Positions 49,301 through 61,300 of a DNA stretch of 64,000 nucleotides are shown in pieces. Origin of the DNA: Azolla caroliniana (taxonomy: Eukaryota; Plantae; Polypodiophyta); NCBI GenBank assembly GCA_043228905.1, contig JBHGNT010000017.1, positions 18,910,001 to 18,974,000 of the forward strand, given 5' to 3'. The notes under the pieces are model-generated. The model did not search any database. It saw only the letters and a list, made by a program, of their open reading frames with translations, and was not told where the DNA came from. The position numbers and the translations under genes are program-made. Position 1 is the stretch's first letter; each line of letters starts with the position of its first letter.

Positions 49301-52300
49301 TCGGACTTTTGTGTTTAAACATGCGAATCGAAGCTAACAATACTAGCTATTATATGGAATTAAAAAATCTAGAATTTGAAACTCAGGTCGAGAGACATGA
49401 AGAAATTAGCAAATTTGAGGAGGGAGTTGAGAAGAGGGCGTGAGTAAATTCAAATGTTCATACCTGGCTCGTGTGATATCAGATTTTAGTGTTCAAACAT
49501 GCGAATCGAAGCTAACATCACTAGCTATGATATGGATTTAAAAAATCTAGAATTTGAAACTCAGGTCGAGAGACATGAAGAAATTAGCAAATTTGAGGAG
49601 GGAGTTGAGAAGAGGGCGTGAGTAAATTCAAATGTTCATACCTGGCTCGTGTGATATCAGATTTTAGTGTTCAAACATGCGAATCGAAGCTAACATCACT
49701 AGCTATGATATGGATTTCAAAAATCAAGATTTTGAAACTTAGGTCGAGAGACATGAAGAAATTAGCAAAATTGAGGAGGGAGTTGAGAAGAGCTCGTGCG
49801 TAAATTGAAATATTCATACCTGGCTCGTGTGATCCCGGATTGTTGTGTTCAAAGCTGCGAATCGAAGCTCACAACACTAGCTATGATATGGAATTAAAAA
49901 ATCAAGAATTTGAAACTCAGGTCGAGAGACATGAAGAAATTAGCAAATTTGAGGAGGTAGTGGAGAAGAGCTCGTTCAGAAATGAAAATGTTGATACCTG
50001 GGTCATGTGATATCGGATTTTAGTGTTCAAACATGCGAATCGAAGCTAACAAGACTAGCTATGATATGAAATTAAAAAATGAAGAGTTTGAAACTCAGGT
50101 TGAGAGAAATGAAGAAATTAGCAAATTAGAGGAGGGAGTGGAGAAGAGCCTGTTTGGAAATGAAAATGTTCAGACCTGGATCGTGTGATATCGGATTTTT
50201 GTGTTCAAACATGCGAATCGAAGCTAACAACGCTAGCGTTTATATAGAATTAAAAAATCGAGAATTTCAAACTCAGGTCGAGAGACATGAAGAAATTAGC
50301 AAATTTGAGGAGGTAGTGGAGAAGAGCTCGTTCAGAAATGAAAATGTTGATACCTGGGTCATGTGATATCGGATTTCAGTGTTCAAACATGCGAATCGAA
50401 GCTAACAACACTAGCTATGATATGGATTTTAAAAATCAAGATTTTTAAACTCAGGTCTAGAGACATGAAGAAATTAGCAAATTATTGAGGGAGTGGAGAA
50501 GAGCCTGTTTGGAAATGAAAATGTTCATACCTGGATCGTGTGATATCGGATTTTAGTGTTCAAACATGCGAATCGAAGCTAACAACACTAGCTATGATAT
50601 GTAATTAAAAAATTAGGATTTGGAAACTCAGGTCGAGAGACATGAAGAAAATAGCAAATTTGAGGAAGGAGTTGAGAAGAGCTCGTGAGTAAATTGAAAT
50701 GTTCATACCTGGCTCGTGTGATCCCGGATTGTTGTGTTCAAAGATGCGAATCGAAGCTAACAACACTAGCGTTTATATAGAATTAAAAAATCGAGAATTT
50801 CAAACTCAGGTCGAGAGACATGAAGAAATTAGCAAATTTGAGGAGGTAGTGGAGAAGAGCTCGTTCAGAAATGAAAATGTTGATACCTGGGTCATGTGAT
50901 ATCGGATTTTAGTGTTCAAACATGCGAATCGAAGCTAACAACACTAGCTATGATATGGATTTTAAAAATCAAGATTTTTAAACTCAGGTCTAGAGACATG
51001 AAGAAATTAGCAAATTATTGAGGGAGTGGAGAAGAGCCTGTTTGGAAATGAAAATGTTCATACCTGGATCGTGTGATATCGGATTTTAGTGTTCAAACAT
51101 GCGAATCGAAGCTAACAACACTAGCTATGATATGGAATTAAAAAATTAAGATTTTGAAACTCAGGTCCAGAGACATGAAGAAATTAGCAAATTTGAGGAG
51201 GTAGTAGAGAAGAGCTCGTGAGTAAATTGAAATGTTCATACCTGGCTCGTGTGATCCCGGATTGTTGTGTTCAAATATGCGAATCGAAGGTCACAACACT
51301 AGCTATGATATGGAATTAAAAAATCAAGAATTTGAAAGTCAGGTCGAGAGACATGAAGGAATTAGCAAATTTGAGGAGGTAGTGGAGAAGAGCTCATTAA
51401 AAAATGAAAATGTTGATGCCTGGCTAATGTGATATCGGATTTTAGTGTTCAAACATTCGAATTGAAGCTAACAAAACTAGATATTATATGAAACTAAAAA
51501 ATCAAGAATTTGAAACTCAAGTCGAGAGACATGAAGAAATTAGCAAATTTGAGGAGGTAGCGGAGAAGAGTTCGTTAAGAAATGAAAATGTTCATACCTG
51601 CCTCGTGTGATATCGGATTTTAGTGTTCAAACATGCGAATCGAAGCTAACAACACTAGCTATGATATGGATTTTAAAAATAAAGATTTTTAAACTCAGGT
51701 CTAGAGACATGAAGAAATTAGCAAATTATTGAGGGAGTGGAGAAGAGCATGTTTGGAAATGAAAATGTTCATACCTGGCTCGTGTGATATCGGATTTTAG
51801 TGTTCAAACATGCGAACCGAAGCTAACATCACTAGCTATGATATGGATTTAAAAAATCAAGATTTTGAAACTTAGGTCGAGAGACATGAAGAAATTAGAA
51901 AATTTGAGGGGGGAGTTTAGAAGAGCGCGTGAGTAAATTGAAATGTTAATACCTGTCTCGTGTGATATCGGATTTTTGTGTTCAAACATGCGAATCGAGG
52001 CTAACAATACTAGCTATTATATGGAAATAAAAAATCAAGAAATTAACAAATTTGAGGAGGGAGTTGAGAAGAGAGCGTGAGTAAATTCAAATGTTCACAC
52101 CTGGCTCGTGTTATATCGGATTTTAGTGTTCAAACATGTGAATCGAAGCTAACAGCACTAGTTATGATATGGATTTAAAAAATCAAGATTTTGAAACTTA
52201 GGTCGAGAGACATGAAGAAATTAGCAAATTTGAGGGGGGAGTTGAGATGAGCGCGTGAGTAAATTAAAATGTTAATACCTCTCTCTTGTGATATCGGACT

Positions 52301-55300
52301 TTTGTGTTCAAACATGCGAATCGAAGCTAACAATACTAGCTATTATATGGAATTAAAAAATCTAGAATTTGAAACTCAGGTCGAGAGACATGAAGAAATT
52401 AGCAAATTTGAGGAGGGAGTTGAGAAGAGGGCGTGAGTAAATTCAAATGTTCATACCTGGCTCGTGTGATATCAGATTTTAGTGTTCAAACATGCGAATC
52501 GAAGCTAACATCACTAGCTATGATATCGATTTCCAAAATCAAGATTTTGAAACTTAGGTCGAGAGACATGAAGAAATTAGCAAATTTGAGGGGGGAGTTG
52601 AGATGAGCACGTGAGTAAATTAAAATGTTAATACCTCTCTCTTGTGATATCGGACTTTTGTGTTTAAACATGCGAATCGAAGCTAACAATACTAGCTATT
52701 ATATGGAATTAAAAAATCTAGAATTTGAAACTCAGGTCGAGAGACATGAAGAAATTAGCAAATTTGAGGAGGGAGTTGAGAAGAGGGCGTGAGTAAATTC
52801 AAATGTTCATACCTGGCTCGTGTGATATCAGATTTTAGTGTTCAAACATGCGAATCGAAGCTAACATCACTAGCTATGATATGGATTTCAAAAATCAAGA
52901 TTTTGAAACTCAGGTCGAGAGACATGAAGAAATTAGCAAAATTGAGGAGGTAGTGGAGAAGAGCTCGTTCAGAAATGAAAATGTTGATACCTGGGTCATG
53001 TGATATCGGATTTTAGTGTTCAAACATGCGAATCGAAGCTAACAAGACTAGCTATGATATGAAAACTAAAAAATGAAGAGTTTGAAACTCAGGTCGAGAG
53101 AAATGAAGACATTAGCAAATTAGAGGAGGGAGTGGAGAAGAGCCTGTTTGGAAATGAAAATGTTCAGACCTGGATCGTGTGATATCGGAGTTTTGTGTTC
53201 AAACATGCGAATCGAAGCTAACAACACTAGCGTTTATATAAAATTAAAAAATCGAGAATTTGAAACTCAGGTCGAGAGACATGAAGAAATTAGCAAATTT
53301 GAGGAGGGAGTTGAGAAGAGGGCGTGAGTAAATTCAAATGTTCACACCTGGCTCGTGTTATATCGGATTTTAGTGTTCAAACATGTGAATCGAAGCTAAC
53401 ATAACTAGGTATGATATGGATTTAAAAAAGCAACATTTTGAAACTCAGGTCGAGAGACATGAAGAAATTAGCAAATTTGAGGGGGGAGTTGAGATGAGCG
53501 CGTGAGTAAATTAAAATGTTAATACCTCTCTCTTGTGATATCGGACTTTTGTGTTCAAACATGCGAATCGAAGCTAACAATACTAGCTATTATATGGAAT
53601 TAAAAAATCTAGAATTTGAAACTCAGGTTGAGAGACATGAAGAAATTAGCAAATTTGAGGAGGGAGTTGAGAAGAGGGCGTGAGTAAATTCAAATGTTCA
53701 TACCTGGCTCGTGTGATATCAGATTTTAGTGTTCAAACATGCGAATCGAAGCTAACATCACTAGCTATGATATCGATTTCCAAAATCAAGATTTTGAAAC
53801 TTAGGTCGAGAGACATGAAGAAATTAGCAAATTTGAGGGGGGAGTTGAGATGAGCTCGTGAGTAAATTAAAATGTTAATACGTCTCTCTTGTGATATCGG
53901 ACTTTTGTGTTCAAACATGCGAATCGAAGCTAACAATACTAGCTATTATATGGAATTAAAAAATCTAGAATTTGAAACTCAGGTCGAGAGACATGAAGAA
54001 ATTAGCAAATTTGAGGAGGGAGTTGAGAAGAGGGCGTGAGTAAATTCAAATGTTCATACCTGGCTCGTGTGATATCAGATTTTAGTGTTCAAACATGCGA
54101 ATCGAAGCTAACATCACTAGCTATGATATGGATTTCAAAAATCAAGATTTTGAAACTCAGGTCGAGAGACATGAAGAAATTAGCAAAATTGAGGAGGTAG
54201 TGGAGAAGAGCTCGTTCAGAAATGAAAATGTTGATACCTGGGTCATGTGATATCGGATTTTAGTGTTCAAACATGCGAATCGAAGCTAACAAGACTAGCT
54301 ATGATATGAAATTAAAAAATGAAGAGTTTGAAACTCAGGTCGAGAGAAATGAAGAAATTAGCAAATTAGAGGAGGGAGTGGAGAAGAGCCTGTTTGGAAA
54401 TGAAAATGTTCAGACCTGGATCGTGTGATATCGGATTTTTGTGTTCAAACATGCGAATCGAAGCTAACAACACTAGCGTTTATATAGAATTAAAAAATCG
54501 AGAATTTGAAACTCAGGTCGAGAGACATGAAGAAATTAGCAAATTTGAGGAGGGAGTTGAGAAGAGGGCGTGAGTAAATTCAAATGTTCATACCTGGCTC
54601 GTGTGATATCGGATTTTAGTGTTCAAACATGCGTATCGAAGCTAACATAACTAGGTATGATATGGATTTTAAAATGCAACATTTTGAAACTCAGGTCGAG
54701 AGACATGAAGAAATTAGCAAATTAGAGGAGGGAGTGGAGAAGAGCTTGTTTGGAAATAAAAATGTTCAGACCTGGATCGTGTGATATCGGATTTTTGTGT
54801 TCAAACATGCGAATCGAAGTTAACAACACTAGCTATTATATAGAATTAAAAAATCGAGAATTTGAAACTCAGGTTGAAAGACATGAAGAAATTAGCAAAT
54901 TTGAGGAGGGAGTTAAGAAGAGTGCGTGAGTAAATTGAAATGTTAATACCGGTCTCGTGTGATATCGGATTTTTGAGTTCAAACAGGCAAATCGAAGCTA
55001 ACAACACTAGCTATTCTATGGAATTAAAAAATCGACAATTTGAAACTAAGGTTGAGAGACATGAAGAAATTAGCAAATTTGAGGAGGGTGTTGAGAAGAG
55101 GGCGTGAGTAAATTCAAATGTTCATACCTGCCTCGTGTGATATCGGATTTTAGTGTTTAAACATGCGAATCGAAGCTAACAACACTAGCTATGATATGGA
55201 ATTAAAAAATTAAGATTTTGAAACTCAGGTCCAGAGACATGAACAAATTAGTAAATTTGAGGAGGTAGTGGAGAAGAGCTCGTGAGTAAATTGAAATGTT

Positions 55301-58300
55301 CATACCTGGCTCGTGTGATCCCGGATCGTGCGTAAATTGAAATATTCATACCTGGCTCGTGTGATCCCGGATTGTTGTGTTCAAAGCTGCGAATCGAAGC
55401 TCACAACACTAGCTATGATATGGAATTAAAAAATCAAGAATTTGAAACTCAGGTCGAGAGACATGAAGAAATTAGCAAATTTGAGGAGGTAGTGGAGAAG
55501 AGCTCGTTCAGAAATGAAAATGTTGATACCTGGGTCATGTGATATCGGATTTTAGTGTTCAAACATGCGAATCAAAGCTAACAAGACTAGCTATGATATG
55601 AAATTAAAAAATGAAGAGTTTGAAACTCAGGTCGAGAGAAATGAAGAAATTAGCAAATTAGAGGAGGGAGTGGAGAAGAGCCTGTTTGGAAATGAAAATG
55701 TTCAGACCTGGATCGTGTGATATCGGATTTTTGTGTTCAAACATGCGAATCGAAGCTAACAACACTAGCGTTTATATAGAATTAAAAAATCGAGAATTTG
55801 AAACTCAGGTCGAGAGACATGAAGAAATTAGCAAATTTGAGGAGGGAGTTGAGAAGAGGGCGTGAGTAAATTCAAATGTTCATACCTGGAACGTGTGATA
55901 ACGGATTTTAGTGTTCAAACATGCGAATCGAAGCTAACAAAACTAGCTATGATATAGAATTAAAAAATCAAGATTTTGAAACTCAGGTCCAGAGACATGA
56001 AGAAATTAGCAAATTTGCTGAGGGAGTTTAGAAGAGCTCGTGAGTAAATTGAAATGTACATACCCGGCTTGTGTGATTCTGGATTTTAGTGTTCAAAGAT
56101 GCGAATCGAAGCTCACAACACTAGCTATGATATAGAATTAAAAAATCTAGAATTTGAAACTCAGGTCGAGAGACATGAAGAAATTAGCAAATTTGAGGAG
56201 GTAGTGGAGAAGAGTTCGTTAATAAATGAAAATGTTCATACCTGGCTCATGTGATATCAGATTTTGGTGTTCAAACATGCGAATCGAAGCTAACAACACT
56301 AGCTATAATATGGATTTAAAAAATGAAGATTTTGAAACTGAGGTCGAGAGACATGATGAAATTAGCAAATTTGAGAAGGTAGTTGAGAAAAGCTCGTGAG
56401 TAAATTGAAATGTTCATACCTGGCTCGTGTGATCCCGGATTGTTGTGATCAAAGATGCGAATCGAAGCTAACAACACTAGCTATCATATGGATTTAAAAA
56501 ATCAAGATTTTGACACTCAGGTTGAGAGACATGGAGAAATTAGCAAATTTGAGGAGGGAGTTGAGAAGCTCTCGTGAGTAAATTGAAATGTTCATACCTA
56601 GCTCATGTGATCCCGGATTGTTGTGTTCAAAGATGTGAATCGAACCTCACAACACTAGCTATGATATGGAATTAGAAAATGAAGAATTTGAAACTCAGGT
56701 CGAGAGACTTAAAGAAATTAGCAAATTTGAGGAGGTAGTGGAGAAGAGCTCGTTAAGAAATGAAAATGTTCATACCCGGCTCATGTGATATCGGATTTTA
56801 GTGTTCAAACATGCGAATCGAAGCTAACAACACTAGCTATAATATGAAATTAAAAACTCAGGATTTTCAAACTCAGGTCGAGACACATGAAGAAATTAGC
56901 AAATTAGAGGAGGGAGTAGAGAAGAGCCTGTTTGGAAATGCAAATGTTCATACCTGGATCGTGTGATATCGGATTTTTGTGTTCAAACTCAGGTCGAGAG
57001 ACAGGAAGAAATTAGCAAATTTGAGGGGGGAGTTTAGAAGAGCGCGTGAGTAAATTCAAATGTTAATACCTGTCTCGTGTGATATCGGATTTTTGTGTTC
57101 AAACATGCAAATCGAGGCTAACAATACTAGCTATTATTTGGAATTGAAAAATCAAGAATTTGAAACTCAGGTCGAGAGACATGAAGAAATTAGCAAATTT
57201 GAGGAGGGAGTTGAGAGGAGGGTGTGAGTAAATTCAAATGTTCATACCTCGCTCGTGTGATATTAGATTTTAGTGTTCAAACATGCGAATCGAAGCAAAC
57301 TACACTAGCTATGATATGAAATTAAAAAATCAAGAATTTGAAACTCAGGTAGAGAGACATGAAGAAATTAGCAAATTAGAGGAGGGAGTGGAGAAGAGCC
57401 TGTTCGGAAATGAAAATGTTCATACATAGCTCATGTGATATCGGATTTTAGTGTTCGAACATGCGAATCGAAACTAACAACACTAACTATGATATGAAAT
57501 TAAAAAATCAAGAATTTGTATCTCAGGTCGAGAGACATGAACAAATTAGCAAATTAAAGGAGGGAGTTGAGAAGAGGGCTTGAGTACATTCAAATGTTCA
57601 TACCTGGCTCGTGTAATATCAGATTTTAGTGTTCAAACATGCAAATGGAAGCTAACAACACTAGCTATGATATGGATTTAAAAAATCAAGATTTTGAAAC
57701 TCAGGTCGAGAGACATGAAGAAATTAGCAAATTTGAGGAGGGAGTGTAGAAGAGCTCGTGAGTAAATTGAAATGTTCATACGTGGCTCATGTGACCCCGG
57801 ATTGTCGTGTTCAAAGATGCGAATCGAAGCTCACAACACTAGCTATGATATGGAATTAAAAAATCTAGAATTTGAAACTCAGGTCGAGAGACATGAAGAA
57901 ATTAGCAAATTTGAGGAGGGAGTGTAGAAGAGCTCGTGAGTAAATTGAAATGTTCATACGTGGCTCATGTGACCCCGGATTGTCGTGTTCAAAGATGCGA
58001 ATCGAAGGTCACAACACTAGCAATGATATGGAATTAGAAAATCAAGAATTTGAAACTCAGGTCGAGAGACATGAAGAAATTAGCAAATTTGAGGAGGTAG
58101 TTGAGAAGAGCTCGTGAGTAAATTGAAATGTTCATACCTAGTTCATGTGATCCCGGATTGTTGTGTTCAAAGATGTGAATCGAAGCTCACAACACTAGCT
58201 ATGATATGGAATTAGAAAATCAAGAATCTGAAACTCAGGTCGAGAGACTTAAAGAAATTAGCAAATTAGAGGAGGTAGTGGAGAAGAGCTCGTTAAGAAA

Positions 58301-61300
58301 TGAAATTGTTCATACCCGGCTCATGTGATATGAAATTAAAAAATCAAGAATTTGAAACTCAGGTCGAGAGACATGAAGAAATTAGGAAATTAGAGGAGGG
58401 AGTGGAGAAGAGCCTGTTCGGAAATGAAAATGTTCATACATAGCTCATGTGATATCGGATTTTAGTGTTCAAACATGCGAATCGAAGCTAACAACATTAA
58501 CTATGATATGAAATTATAAAATCAAGAATTTGAAACTCAGGTCGAGAGACATGAAGAAATTACCAATTTTAGGAGGGAGTTGAGAAGAGCTCGTGAGTAA
58601 ATTGAAATGTTCATACGTGGCTCATGTGATATCAGATTGTTGTGTTCAAAGATGCGAATCGAAGCTAACAACACTAGCTATGATCTGAAATTAGGGTTTA
58701 GAGATGTTCATACGTGGCTCGTGTGATCCCGGATTGTCGTGTTCATACCTGCCTCGTGTGATATCGGATTTTAGTGTTCAAACATGCGAATCGAAGCTAA
58801 CAACACTAGCTATGATATGGATTTTAAAAATCAAGATTTTTAAACTCAGCTCTAGAGACATGAAGAAATTAGCAAATTATTGAGAAAGTGGAGAAGAGCC
58901 TGTTTGGAAATGAAAATGTTCATACTTGCCTCGTGTGATATCGGATTTTAGTGTTCAAACATGCGAATCGAAGCAAACAACACTAGCTATGATATGGATT
59001 TTAAAAATCAAGATTTTTAAACTGAGGTCTAGAGACATGAAGAAATTAGCAAATTATTGAGGGAGTGGAGAAGAGCCTGTTCGGAAATCAAAATGTTCAT
59101 ACCTGGATCGTGTGATATCGGATTTTTGTGTTCAAACATGCGAATCGAAGCTAACAACACTAGCTATGATATGTAATTAAAAAATTAGGATTTGGAAACT
59201 CAGGTCGAGAGACATGAAGAAAATAGCAAATTTGAGGAAGGAGTTGAGAAGAGCTCGTGAGTAAATTGAAATGTTCATACCTGGCTCGTGTGATCCCGGA
59301 TTGTTGTGTTCAAAGATGCGAATCGAAGCTCACAAGACTGGCTATGATATGGAATAAGAAAATCAGGAATTTGAAACTCAGGTCGAGAGACATGAAGAAA
59401 TTAGCAAATTTGAGGAGGTAGTGGAGAAGAGCTTGTTGAGAAATGAAAGTGTTCATACCTGGCTCATGTGATATCGGATTTTTGTGTTCAAACATGTGAA
59501 TCGAAGCTAACAACACTAGCTATGATATGAAATGAAAAAATCAAGAATTTGAAACTCAGGTCTAGGGACATGAAGAAATTAGAAAATTAGAGGAGGGAGT
59601 GGAGAAGAGCCTGTTTGGAAATGAGAATGTTCATACATAGCTCATGTGATATCGGATTTTAGTGTTCAAACATGGGAATCGAAGCTAACAACACGAGCTA
59701 TGATATGTAATTAAAAAATCAAGAATTTGTAACTCAGGTCGAGAAGCATGAAGAAATTAGCAGATTTGAGGAGGGAGTTGAGAAGAGGGCGTGAGTAAAT
59801 TCAAATGTTCATACCTGGCTCGTGTGATATCAGATTTTAGTGTTCAAACATGCGAATCGAAGCTAACAACACTAGCTATGATATGGATTTTAAAAATCAA
59901 GATTTTTAAACTAAGGTCGAAAGACATGATGAATTTAGCAAATTTGAGGAGGGAGTTGAGAAGAGCTCGTTACTAAAGTGGAATGTTCATACCTGGCTCG
60001 TGTGATCCAGGATTGTCGTGTTGAAAGATGCGAATCGATGCTCACAACACTAGATATGATATGGAATTAAAAAATCAAGAATTTGAAACTCAGGTCGAGA
60101 GACATGAAGAAATTAGCAAATTTGAGAAGGTAGTGGAGAAGAGCTCGTTAAAAAATGAAAATGTTGATACCTGTCTAATGTGATATCGGATTTTAGTGTT
60201 CAAACATGCGCATTGAAGCTAACAAAACTAGCTATTATATGAAACTAAAAAATCAAGAATTTGAAACTCAAGTCGAGAGACATGAAGAAATTAGCAAATT
60301 TGAGGAGGGAGTTGAGAAGAGCTCGTGAGTAAATTGAAATGTTCATACGTGGCTCATGTGACCCCGGATTGTTGTGTTCAAAGATGCGAATCGAAGCTCA
60401 CAACAGTATCTATGATATGGAATTAAAAAATCAAGAATTTGAAACTCAGGTCGAGAGACATGTAGAAATTAGCAAATTTGAGAAGGTAGTGGAGAAGAGC
60501 TCTTTAAAAAATGAAAAATGTTGATACCTGGCTCATGTGATATCGCCTTTTAGTGTTGAACCATGCGAATTGAAGCTAACAACACTAGCTATTATATGAA
60601 ACCAAAAAATCAAGAATTTGAAACTCAAGTCGAGAGACATGAATAAATTAGCAAATTTTAGGAGGTAGCAAAGCAGAGTTCGTTAAGAAATGAAAATGTT
60701 TATACCTGGCTCATGTGATATCAGATTTTTGTGTTCAAACATGCGAATCGAAGCAAACTACACTAGCTATGATATGAAATTAAAAAATCAAGAATTTGAA
60801 ACTCAGGTCGAGAGACATGAAGAAATTAGCAAATTAGAGGAGGGAGTGGAGAAGAGCCTGTTCGGAAATGAAAATGTTCATACATAGCTCATGTGATATC
60901 GGATTTTAGTGTTCAAACATGCGAATCGAAGTTAACAACACTAGCTATTATATAGAATTAAAAAATTGAGAATTTGAAACTCAGGTCGAGAGACATGAAG
61001 AAATTAGCAAATTTGAGGAGGGAGTTAAGAAGAGCGTGTGAGTAAATTGAAATGTTAATACCTGTCTCGTGTGATATCGGATTTTTGTGTTCAAACATGC
61101 AAATCGAAGCTAACAACACTAGCCTTTCTATGGAATTAAAAAATCTACAATTTGAAACTCAGGTCGAGTGACATGAAGAAATTAGCAAATTTGAGGAGGG
61201 AGTTGAGAAGAGGGCGTGAGTAAATTCAAATGTTCATACCTGGCTCGTGTAATATCTGATTTTAGTGTTCAAACATGCGAATGGAAGCTTACAACACTAG

